64,000 nucleotides of DNA from Eledone cirrhosa (taxonomy: Eukaryota), in contig OZ024745.1 of NCBI GenBank assembly GCA_964016885.1, positions 105,958,001 through 106,022,000 on the forward strand, written 5' to 3'. The notes beneath the pieces are model-generated. The model was given only the letters and a program-made list of their open reading frames with translations. It did not search any database and was not told where the DNA came from. Position numbers and translations under genes: made by a program. Shown piece after piece: positions 31,501 through 43,200 of this stretch; within the stretch, counting starts at the first letter, position 1; every line of letters begins with the position of its first letter.

Positions 31501-32885
31501 TGGGACACCACGTAGAGAATCCCTCTTTTCTCGGATGCTACCGGTATTTCCTTTCTTTTCTGTACAAAATACCTGAACCCTTGTAATGTCTGACGTACGC
31601 TTGCAGCATCTGTAATAGATCTTAGACTGATATCCCAAGCTCTATGAATAAAATTACGCAACAGTGTAGGAGCCTGCCAAATGAATAGTAACTGTAAAGA
31701 ACTATAAAGCAATGGTCTAGCTTTGCATCACGCTGATTCTGCCAGAGAATTATGTTAAAAGCATGTCTCTATGAAATAGTCATATGCATATTAAATTCTG
31801 GATAGGAAGTACAGTTGATCAATGTGATGAATACTCATTTCAAGATAGCCATGTGGAGTTTAGGACGGTACTTAATGAAGCAAGAGTCAAACAACATTTG
31901 TGGTGTCAGGGAATCTCCTTGCAATATTCCAGATTTATATGAATTTTGTAAGAATATAAGAAACCAATATCAAGGTTTAGTATCATATTTCTTTTTTTAT
32001 TTTAGAATGCTGCTTTTCATTAATCCTATAATCAGTGGCAATAATTCATACATCTCCTTGATCCAAAGATCAACTTTTACGGTACACACTGATACACCTT
32101 TCTTATTGGTTATCAAAACAGCGTGTATTGTTTTTCCTTCTGTTTACAGTCTTCAAACACATGTTTGTGTATCAGAAACTGTATTTTACAGCTGTATGAG
32201 CCTCTTCTGCAAATCTTTTGTTTTTTCGAGTAGATGTTTCGTATTTATTGTATGTATATATGTATGTATATCTCGGGTCACTCTTGAGTGCTACTGGTAA
32301 CATGTAACCCAGTACAATCTGTCGCATGGTCGGGTCGTCGGCGACTAAACTGGCAACTTCACCAAGTTGGTGAGGAGGGGGATTTTGGACACCCTGCAGA
32401 ACAAAAATCAAAACCTGACAAAGGGCGGAAGAACTCATAAGAGTCAACGGCCATCCAAAAGTGTGTAAATATGTATTTAGACATGTACATCTGTATGTAT
32501 ATGCGCGGGGACATAGAAATAGTCGGGCTGGACACCCGATCACGCGGTTAAACTACTGGGAGTGAAGGACTCCTAGATTTTGTCAGGGCATACTTCAGGA
32601 GAAGGCAACTCAGGAAATTGGGATAACTCCGATATAAAACCTGCGGCTCAGTAGTTACCGATGATGTTGATCTTTTCTTCTTTTCGGGTTATATCTACTG
32701 TCGTTCAGAGAGTGGGATTGACTCAATGCTCAGTGCACTTTAAAAAATATCTTCACGCACAGGCATTGCACGATAGAATTAATTAATAATGATTAATAAT
32801 GGTATATCGTGCAATGGCCATACTCGATAACGAGGGGGCAGCCATCATGTATGTATGTATGTATGTATGTATGTATGTATGTATG

Positions 32886-32916
<31 letters not shown>

Positions 32917-34083
32917 TGACTAACAGTAACCACGAACTTGTCAAGCTTGCTACTCCATTCGCCCAGGCATATAACACGTCATGTTCTCAGCAAGATCTTA
33001 ATTTACCTTCTTAATTAGTTTTAATGTTAAAGTCTTGTATATGTTAAACAGGGATGCAATTGACCAATAGTCTTTAAGGTCATCAGTTTCTGATGTCTTG
33101 TATAATAATTACTTTATGGCGTGGGCAGGTTGTTATTTTCTCCATTATTATTACAGGTTTCGGTCGTATGTGGTGTTGCCTTAAGATTTTTGATTGTGTC
33201 CATTCCAAGAAATGTCCAATTGCTTTCTCTCCCTGTTTTACTTCCAGCGAGGTATCATCATACTCTTGAGGTGCTACATAACTTGATATTTAATTTGTGG
33301 TTCGCATCGATTCTTTTATATTACAAGGTTCTTCTAAGTTCCATATTTTCTTGCTGCGTTACAATGTTTCTTTACACAGGGAGATTCTCTACTTCTATTG
33401 TTTATCATTTCATAGTCTAAACATTTCCTTTTGTTTGAGATGAATAATTCTTTACTTAAATCTATGTATTTTCCATCATTTATGGTTCTGTTTTAATCGG
33501 TATTTCACTTGGGATTTAAAGAGCAAGGCTGGCCTGAATGTTCAGCTTACTGTGTAACTATATTTTATTCTGGGGTGACCTATGTGTCCATATTTTGGGA
33601 GTCATATGTGCGATGTATCTTGTTGGATTCTATTTTGCTGTATTTTTTCTGAAAACGCGTTCTATTTATTTTGATTCAACTTTATTTTTCTGTTTCATAT
33701 TTCAACGCCTGCAGCCCAGTTTACTAAATGCTCTGTAGAGTACATTTCTTTATGTTTCTGTTTAATACCATTATAGCTATTTTGGTTATTTGCTCTGTAA
33801 TTATTTCTAACGCTCAGTTAGCTTGTTTGATTAAAACTATAATTTCACGTTGTATGATATTTGCTGCTTTGTCGTTTGTCAAACTTTTTACGGACTTTAT
33901 AGCTTCGATCTGTTAGTTTAATTTTCTCCATCATATATTCTTAGTCACTGCATTCATTCATTTGATTTGGCACTAATTGGTTTTCCATATAATTATGGCA
34001 ACAAGAACAGCAATAACAAAAGCAACAATAACGACAACGACAACAATAATAATAACATTAATACAAATATACATGAATAATAA

Positions 34084-34410
34084 TAATTGTTTCTACTTTA
34101 GGCACAAGGCCAGTAATTACCCAGTGCATTACTGGTACTTTATTTTATCGACCCCGTAAGGATGAAAGGCAAAGTTTACCTCGGTGGGATTTGAACTCAG
34201 GCGATAAAGAAATACATTAATAATAATAATTGTTTCTACTTTTGGCACAAGGCCAGCAATTATCCCAGTGTATTACTGGTACTTTATTTTATCGACCCCG
34301 TAAGGATGAAAGGCAAAGTTAACCTCGGCGGGATTTGAACTCAGACCATAAAGGGACGTAACTGTGCTGCAAAGCATGGCGTCCGACCCTCTACCGATAC
34401 TGCCAATCCA
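34084..34410 (-). mobile_element. Two tandem SINE copies (one 5'-truncated, one full length)
   Basis: Reverse complement of the family consensus occurs twice. Confidence 0.87.
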
Positions 34411-36214
34411 GGCACAAGACCAACAATTTTTGGGGAGGGGATAGATTAGACAATAACAAGCCTGAAATTGTCCAACGTATACCTCTTGTTCTCGTCTTTT
34501 CTCATCGGTGTTACTACGCCCTGGCTCACAGAACTCGGAATACTTCCAGTTGCAGTAGACCGCTTCGAGTAAACCGGAGAGTAAGTCTGGCATATCTACG
34601 TAAAACACGTAAGGCAGACCATCAACCCAGGTGATTTGCGTCTCAAAAAGCCGACCAGTGCATCCCGAATTTCGGCTTAAGTTATCGACCTTTCGCAACA
34701 CTCAGCATCGGCTTGGGAGGGTCACGGAAGGCCGTCGAGGTAGCAAATGGATTCCGCCACCGTCTTCAGCCCCCACCCTCCCCTTACAATCAAGCAAATT
34801 GCTGGTGAAAGGCCGCACACATCTGCTTGGAACCGATCAGCACTATTATGTATGCAATCAGCCGATGTATACTTTAGATAATATTATATATTCTCAAGAG
34901 TTCTAGTGAGTGACAGAAGAGAGATACACAATCTTGACAAAGGGCAATAATCCAGAAATAATATTGTCGATTGTTTCTCTCTGTAAAATTCACGAATACC
35001 TTTACGTATCCGCTATGTTAGAGCGAAAAGCCAAATTCTAATTTTGTTTTTAATATTTTATTGCTTTTAATTTAATGTCCCACATTCAACATACTTTTAG
35101 TTTGACACTTCCCCATATCCTTCCATGAAATATTTTTGGAAAATAGATTAAGCTGTTTATCATATTACAAGCATTTTCCCTTCAACAATAGCAACATTTG
35201 TAATGCTGAATAAGACTAAAATAGACATGTTTTTCTGTCCATTGATGATATCGAATTCAAATCAAGCCCATTATCAACCTGGCAAAGGATATATAACTGC
35301 AGGCAGTTAAATTGACCTCATGGCCATTATTTAGATAGCTGCTTACAAATTTGGGGAAATATCTTCATCCCCGCAATAAAGAAAATGTGTTCCACAAGAA
35401 TAGAAACTTGAATGTTTGTGAGACTTGTTTTTAAACATTTTACAATCCAAGATTTCAGCTTAAATCGGTTCATTTATATCAGTAATATAAATCATTTCAA
35501 TTTTGGGACATATTATTTAAGATATTTACTTTATAATTGCTATTTTTTTCATGTTATTCCATACGTAACACTCTAGCCTCCTCCAAAAAAAAAAAACAAA
35601 TTGTAATCCAAATTATGCAAACATCCATATTTTTCATTTCATTGAAATGATCAATAGATTCCCCCTCCTCCCATCTTTTGCTACTTTATATTTCTATACA
35701 TTCAGTCTTTTTTCGGAGATGTCCTTCTATATAAATAACCTATTAATAGAAGATATCAACCCAGCTTCAAGAGATTCAATGGTCAATGATTCTTGAGCTC
35801 TTAAATGTAGGAACATAATGAATTAAGCCAGTGAATTATGCCAGAAAAGTCACCATGAATACCTCATTGTTACCAGCATGCATTCCAACCAAATTTCGAG
35901 AAAGATTATCATAGTTTACAGGGTTGCAATATATATTTTGGTTTTCTTAATAATAATTGTTGAACGCAAGTTTTATGAAAAGGCATAATTCCTGCATCGT
36001 CATTGCATTCATATTATCAGACATCTTACGGCTTTTTGCATGTTAAAACTTTTTCTAAAAATAGCATGCCGTATGCTTGCTTTGATTTACATTTGATAAA
36101 TTCATGAAAAAAAACGAGATAAATCCCCCAAAATACTTTTCTATAAGATTTTGTTTCCGCTATAACACTCTTTCGTTCTTTTATTTCTGCTTCATGTGCC
36201 TTTTACTTTGTATA

Positions 36215-36660
36215 TTATTGATTAAATTCAGAGGATATTTCCTCCCAATAAATATTATTTTCATCTTTCCTAGTCTGCGATTCCTTGTTATTGATATTAA
36301 GACTATTGTGCATATTTACATATTTACTTAGATAAATTGAATGGAATGTTGGTGAGTTCGTTGGTTTGAAATATATATATTTGTTACTAGTTTCGTGTTT
36401 GTTTCAATTACCAGCATATCTAAGAAGGGGAGTTTATCACTACTGGACTCGTTAGTGAACTTGCTATGAGGGCTTATTTCATTGATCAAGTTTTGAAAAT
36501 TGTTCCTATTATTGTCGGTAGGTTGCTTAATCGAACATGAAGTCATTTCTTCTATAAAATAAACCGAGGACTATCATACACAAAACCAAAAAACACTTTT
36601 TCCTGTTATGAGTAATTTGACTTTTTTTTCAATAATCTAATAATTCAAGGAAAGATATCT
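36215..36660 (-). pseudogene. Decayed Penelope-like element reverse transcriptase fragment (RT C-terminus/thumb)
   Basis: INEISPHSKFTNESSSDKLPFLDMLVIETNTKLVTNIY matches the PLE pattern LN.LHP.IKFT.E....LPFLD.L......L.TDIY.KPT. After a deletion, ICTIV....RNRRL.......RKYP..LI also matches PLE ORFs. Confidence 0.8.
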
Positions 36661-36761
36661 GTAAGAATCTATTAACTTTGTACATAAAGAATAAGTTAGG
36701 GAATTTAGATGCCTACATCTCATTTACTTTAGCAGACATATGTAATTACTCCACCTCAGCC

Positions 36762-36818
<57 letters not shown>

Positions 36819-37293
36819 CGCGCAAGTGTGTATGTGTGTGTCTATATGCGCGCGCGTGTGTGTGTAAAGGTGCGTGGCTTAGTGGTTAGATCATTGAAGT
36901 CACAATCTGAGGTTGTGAGTTAAATTCATGGACTGGGTGATGCGTTGTGTCCTTATGTAAATCACTTTATATTCACATTGCCCCAGATCATTCCACCGCA
37001 AAAAAATGTATTGCGCCGTCACAGGTGCCAAGTTGTATCGACCTTTCCCTTATTCCTGGGCAACATCGGTAGCATGGAGAGGGGCGTCTGTTATGCATCG
37101 TTGACTGCTAGTTTTACACGAAAACACTTTGCACGGGTATGTGCCTCAGAGAGGATCATTCTAGTCGTTTGGCTCTTCCCCATCCGTTTTATGCCATGTT
37201 ATGTTTCATTATGGCAACTGAAAAGTTAAATGAAAAGTTAAATGAAAAGTTAAATGAAAAGTTAAAATAAATGTCAATATTCAAATCGATGCA

Positions 37294-37437
37294 TTGGCAG
37301 TATCGGTAGAGGGTCGGACGCCATGCTTTCCAACATAGTTACGTCTCTTTACGGTCTGAGTTCAAATCCTGCCGAGGTTAATTTTGTCTTTACTGGGTAA
37401 TTGCTGACCTTGAGCTAAAAGTAGAAACAATTATTAT
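37294..37437 (+). mobile_element. SINE copy with an internal deletion
   Basis: Head, B-box and tail are present; the central domain is missing. Confidence 0.8.
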
Positions 37438-37768
37438 TTTAATGTGATGTTTGTTTTTCCAATTTAATATTTGATATATAGATCCTAAATACATAGTGTT
37501 TATTTTTCTTTGTGTAAGGTGCAATAAAGGATAATATAAATATATAAGAAACTGGTGCCTGTAATACCATTTGTGATATCTTTATTCGTCGCATTTATTA
37601 ACTGTAATTAAATGGTGGGATTCAATCGTAACATACATACGAACACGCACACACAAACATACACACTCCCTCTCTCTCACACACATATATATATATATAT
37701 ATAAACAAGGTGTCCCAAAAATGTATACACACTTCAGCAGTATTCTAATCAAAGTGTGTATATATTTT

Positions 37769-37872
<104 letters not shown>

Positions 37873-39313
37873 AATGAATATTATTTTTTATTATTTCATT
37901 TTTTTTTTTTGATATATCACATGTGTTGTGTGGCTTTCTGTGAGGCGTCTCGACTGAGACATTCTTTCAACATCGTTACTTTTCATCAGAATATTTTCTC
38001 TGTAATTGCTGCCGTGACTACTCTGGTGTTTCGTATTTTGGTGGCGGATTTAAACTAGTTCTTGATTAAAAAAATGTATATTGGATTTGAAGTGTTTGTT
38101 TGTTCAAAATAATGTTTTCATACCGAAGGATTCCTTGTGAATTAGCGCAAGAATTAGAAATAACCCCCTGAATCCACGGACACGTACATTACTATAATCT
38201 GGTGCAGATACTTACTTTCGGCTGTTACAATCGTATTTACTTTATATAATTCCTTCGTTTATTTTGATGATATACATATTTGCATCTGTTTTCATTAAGT
38301 CTCTGACAGTATCTCAGTGTATATTGTTATTTTCAATTTATCGTGGAGATACATGTTTTGTTTGTGAAAAGAATATTTTGCTATTGATTTTAATTCGCAA
38401 TTTCTTAATTACCATAATCTTCACAATTTCTATTTCTAGAATTTCCTCTACTTAAATATTTCTCATACTCCCTTTTATTGATATTTTCTTGTTCACATCA
38501 TTATTTTTTTTTATCTCCGTACTCTTCTGGTTATTATTTGGAGGGAGGGGTCGCAGGGTTCTGTTGGCATTAGGTTTTATAGTGTGTTGTTATTTGCCTT
38601 GTTTGCGTTGCACGTGTTAATTCTATATCCTTGGTTTAGGTTCTGTTTACATTTTATTGTTGTTGATGTTGTCGTTGTTGTACGTTTCATGTTCATCATT
38701 TATGTTTTCCTTTCTTTCTTTTATGTCTTCCATTTTGATTTTTAATATTTTCGCACATTTTATCTAATCTATTAAGTTCTAACGTTACTTTTTGTCCTAG
38801 ATAATTTCCCTTCCAATTTCCAAACTCCGTTTCGCCATACTCTCATATAAAGAATAGAATATCGATTTATAACCACTATTATTTTATTTGCAAACACCAG
38901 ATGTAATGTCCTGTTCATTTTCTTGATTGTCATAATTTTCTTCGGGTCCATGTTTATTTGTTTCTGCGAATGTTGAATGTTTGCAAGCAACACGTTATTT
39001 TACTCATTAAAGTCTTGCAAGCAATCCTCCTTTAACATTAGGCTAGATTATACGATGTTTTCATTTTTATAATGGAGACCGAATCAGGCTGGTGCTGCTA
39101 TAATACCTGTTCCATTAGGTTATATACAGGTGATATCCGAATGTTCGCCAATACAGACATTTATAATACATCAATTGTGTGCAGTAAAGGTGAAGGAATT
39201 TAAGAAGTATGACTTACTGAGATATCCTTCAAAGTTCATGTACTGCCTTCGTTGTTTTGGACAACAATCGTAGTGATTCTTTCTCTGCACATACTCCTAC
39301 CCTATATATATAA

Positions 39314-39356
<43 letters not shown>

Positions 39357-39536
39357 ATAACAAGGTATCGTTTAAGGTGATCCGGTTAGAGGTTGTGAGT
39401 ACGCTGTGTTGAGAATAGTTTTAACGTACGGCGTTATTTGACTCAACAAGAAGTTTCCTTAGTCGGGTGACTGGTTTAAGTCAGTTCCGAGGCAGGTGGT
39501 TCTATATCCTTGGTTTAGGTTCTGTTATATACACAC

Positions 39537-39649
39537 CATTATTCTGATGATTTGATCAGGCATAGACAGTATTTAAGGTCGAGTGATGTAACTTCTAGCG
39601 ATCATCGGCTTTTAGACTCACCTGATTAAAGAAACAATTGTTAACACTG
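39537..39649 (+). ncRNA. Type I hammerhead with a long helix II insertion in a (TA)n-flanked ~340-bp insert (~39355-39697)
   Basis: CTGATGA 39544-39550; 10-bp helix II tttgatcagg/cctgattaaa; GAAA 39631-39634; palindrome acaattgt; GUU site. Helix I cattatt/aacactg has two mismatches. Confidence 0.75.
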
Positions 39650-40321
39650 TAAATAAACCCTTTTGTACAGTCGACCATGTTATTCTTCATTCTTATACTA
39701 TATATATATATATATATATTCCCAGGATTTTGATCCTGCATTGATTTCCATATTTTTGGTAAGTTTTGTGCTTTTTAACAAAGCATTTTGGTAACTCTAT
39801 CGTTACCATATTTCTGATGTCAGACCCAACCCAGAATTTTCAATTGACCTCTAAAATAATTAAGACGCTCGACAGCGTATGTAAAATAAACTTGCTAACT
39901 TTTAAGCTGGTGTTTGGAACATATCTTACATATGATTAATTATGACAGGTTTTTACATAATTATAAAAAAAATGTAAAACATTTTGTTCATATTTTTCTT
40001 TTATCCTTTGCATGTTTGATTTTTCCTGTTTTCTGCTTAGATTTTCATATTCTCATGTGAGTAGGTCCGATATGTATTATTTCGCTTATTATAGGGATAA
40101 TGAAATTTGTGTCTATTTTTATCAGGTCTTCCATGACCATGTTGCGGTATTAATCATTGTTCTTATTCTGTGGTTTTACTTTAGCCTTTGAAGTTACTTT
40201 CATTGCCAGGTATTGCTGAGGTCTTACCGTGCGTGTATGTATGTGTACTGATGTTGTTCTTGATATTATTTAACCTGTGGGCAACGAGGATCGAGCAAGA
40301 CTGAGCAATGTTATTTTATCA

Positions 40322-40503
40322 TTGGTAGTATTGGTAGAGGGTCGGACGCCATGCTTTGAAGCATAGAGCTACCTCCCTGTATGATCTGAGTTCAAATCCC
40401 GCCGAGGTTAACTTTGACTTTCATCCTTACGGGGTCGATAAAATAAAGTACCAGTAATGCACTGAGTAATTGCTGGCATTGTGCCAAAAGTAGAAACAGT
40501 TAT
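40322..40503 (+). mobile_element. tRNA-derived SINE (same family)
   Basis: Matches the family consensus over ~180 bp. Confidence 0.88.
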
Positions 40504-41048
40504 TTTATCATGACCATCTACCTGACTATTTCCTTTGACGTGGCCTACCTCCTACTAGATTTTATCTAAGAATATACAGCTGGAAACTATTAAACCTACA
40601 GGCCTATCGAGATGGAGTGGGTACTCCATGTGATTTTGCTAATTACTACACATATATATGTATATGTATATATATATGTATTATGTGTGCGGTTCACCAA
40701 AAAGAGGTGATTTACCAAATGTACTTGATTTAAAATAATAAATTCTTAGGTATATATAATCGGCTACAATTCCTTTAAGCTGGAATTCCAGAGTGGTTGC
40801 CGTCAAATGACTGAAGCATTTAAATCAATAAAGAATGTTCGTCATAGTTGAAGTAAAACTACGTACTGTGTAATATGTGCTGTTGAATTAAACATGTTCT
40901 AACAAAATGTGTTTTATCTAGTGAGGAATATGTCCCTGGCATGCTGTGAAGTATGTATGGTACTTATATTTTGTTTATGCTCGTTACAATCATATCCAGA
41001 GCACTAAATTTGATTGTCCCCATTTCTTCAATCATATTCATTACTATA

Positions 41049-41415
41049 AGGCGGTGGATTGGCATAATCGGTGGAGCTTTGCGACATAGAGTTACGGACA
41101 TTCACGTTCTGAGTTCAAATCCCGCCGATGTTAATTTTGCCTTTCATTCTTGCTAGTCGATAAAATAAAGTAACAGTAAGACACTGGGTCGATTTAATCG
41201 ACTTTCTCCTCACCTCAAAATTGTTGGCCTGGTGCCTAAATCAGAAACCATTATTACGAGGGTTGGACGCCATGCTTTGACGCATAGAGTTACGGTCCTT
41301 GCCATTCTGAGTTCAAATCCCGCCGAGGTTAACTTTGCCTTTCCACCTTTCGGGGTCGATAAAATAAAGTACCAGTAATACTTGCTGGCCTTGTGCGAAA
41401 AGTAGAGACAATTAT
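41049..41415 (+). mobile_element. Two adjacent SINE copies (longer-tail and short-tail subfamilies)
   Basis: Two B-boxes gagttcaaatcccgccga, each followed by the central domain. Confidence 0.8.
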
Positions 41416-42064
41416 TACATGTTACTTGGAAATATATTTACATTACGCTCATTTCTATTCTTCGTTTCATTGTGACTATAGGAGATTCGATGAAAGGGCG
41501 GGGGACAATATTACTTATCGAAAGCCCAATCCTCATCAAGTTTGTAACTATAATTTGAAGAAAGACTGTAGGTGGGTGGAGCGGTCAGTCTTCTATTAGC
41601 GGATACATTATCGGACGCCCTCTGCTGATGATGCACATTTCTTTCACTCTTAGTTGGATCGCATGCTGTAAACGAAACGTACAGATTGTACAATATATTA
41701 CTATAGATATTTCTCTATATAAAATGTCTGAAACAATGACTTCGATATTCTGATATCTCTCAAAACTAACTTTGTTTTTATTATCTTTTTCTAATAGAGG
41801 TTGGTAGTGTGTTAATGCAGGCTAAGTGGCAGAAAAGTGAATTAAAATTTTTAGTCACTTTTATGTTCAAAACATGTGATGTGTTCATTTTTATTTCATA
41901 TTTCTGTATTCGATAAAATAACTACCAACCATGTACTAGCTTTGGTCTCATCGGTTGTTTTCTCACCAAAATTTGCAAACATGTACCTTTATAAGAAATG
42001 TTTATTATCTTTTGATGTTATCAAACCATTATACTGTGTGTTTCTATTTTCTTTCCTGTTGCAG

Positions 42065-42269
42065 TAGTAGCAGTGATGCATCTATATGTCGTATTTGTCA
42101 TGAAGGAGAGAGTACAGCCAAACTAATTTCGCCTTGTTATTGTACTGGATCAATGGGAAAGCTTCATGTAACATGTTTGGAACGATGGCTTGGATCTTCT
42201 TATATGAACAGGTGTGAAATTTGTGGTTACGAATACATTGTGTTACGGCAGCCAAAGCCATTCATTGAG
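42065..42269 (+). CDS. MARCHF2/3-like: RING-CH (C4HC3) exon of a MARCH-family membrane E3 ubiquitin ligase, MARCHF2/3-like
   Basis: Translation CRICHEG...SPCYCTGSMGKLHVTCLERWL...CEICGYEY is a canonical RING-CH. Acceptor ttgcag ends at 42064; donor GAG|GTAAGT starts at 42270 (phase 0). Confidence 0.95.
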
Positions 42270-42309
42270 GTAAGTTAACATTAATTTTAACACTAGTTAT
42301 TACTCATTT

Positions 42310-43200
42310 GGATTGGCAGTATAGGTGGTGGGTCGGACGCCATGCTTTCCAGCGGAGTTACGTCCCTTTACGATCTGAGTTCAAATCCCGCCGAGGTTGA
42401 CTTTACCTTTCATCCTTACGGGGTCGATCAAATAAAGTACCAGTAATGCACTGGTAATTGCTGGCCTTGTGCCAATAGTAGAAACAATTATTAATACGTC
42501 AAGGGCGGTGAATTGGCAGTATCAGTAGAGGGTCAGACATGTTTCCAGCATAGAGTTACGTCCCTTTACAATCTGAGTTCAAATCCAGCCGAGGTTAACT
42601 TTGCCTTTCATCCATACGAGGTCGATAAAATAAAGTACCAGTAATACACTGTGATAATTGCTGGCCTTGTGCCAAAAGTAGAAACAATTATTAATACGGC
42701 GGTGGATTGGCAGTATCAGTAGAGGGTCGGACGCCATGCTTTGCAGCATAGAGTTTTTGCCCTTTATGGTCTGAGTTCAAATCCCGCCGAGGTTAATTTT
42801 ACCTTTCATCCTTACGGGGGCGATAAAATAAAGTACCAGTAATGCACTGGGATAATTGCTGGCCTTGTGCCAAAAGTAGAAACAATTATTAATACGGTGG
42901 TGGATTGGCAGTATCGGTAGAGCATCAGACACCATGCTCTGCAGCATAGAGTTTTTGCCCTTTATGGTCTGAGTTCAAATCCCGCCGAGGTTAATTTTGC
43001 CTTTCATCCTTACGGGACCGATAAAATAAAGTACCAGTAATGCACTGGAATAATTTCTGACCTTGTGCCAAAAGTAGAAACAATTATTAACACGGCCTTT
43101 TATGTCCTGAGTTCAAATCCCGCCGAGGTTAGTTTTGCCTTTCATCTTAACGGGATCGATGGAATTTTACCGATTTCCCTCTCCCAAAATTGCTGGTCTT
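42310..43200 (+). mobile_element. Head-to-tail cluster of 4-5 copies of the same tRNA-derived SINE
   Basis: Repeated ggcggtggattggcagtatc...gagttcaaatccc...gtagaaacaattattaatac units with a period of roughly 190-200 bp. Confidence 0.9.

Noticed and set aside
32300-33960. Probable decayed retroelement fragments
   Set aside because: They look TE-derived ((ATGT)n tail, strand-biased composition), but I could not read diagnostic motifs to assign a family.
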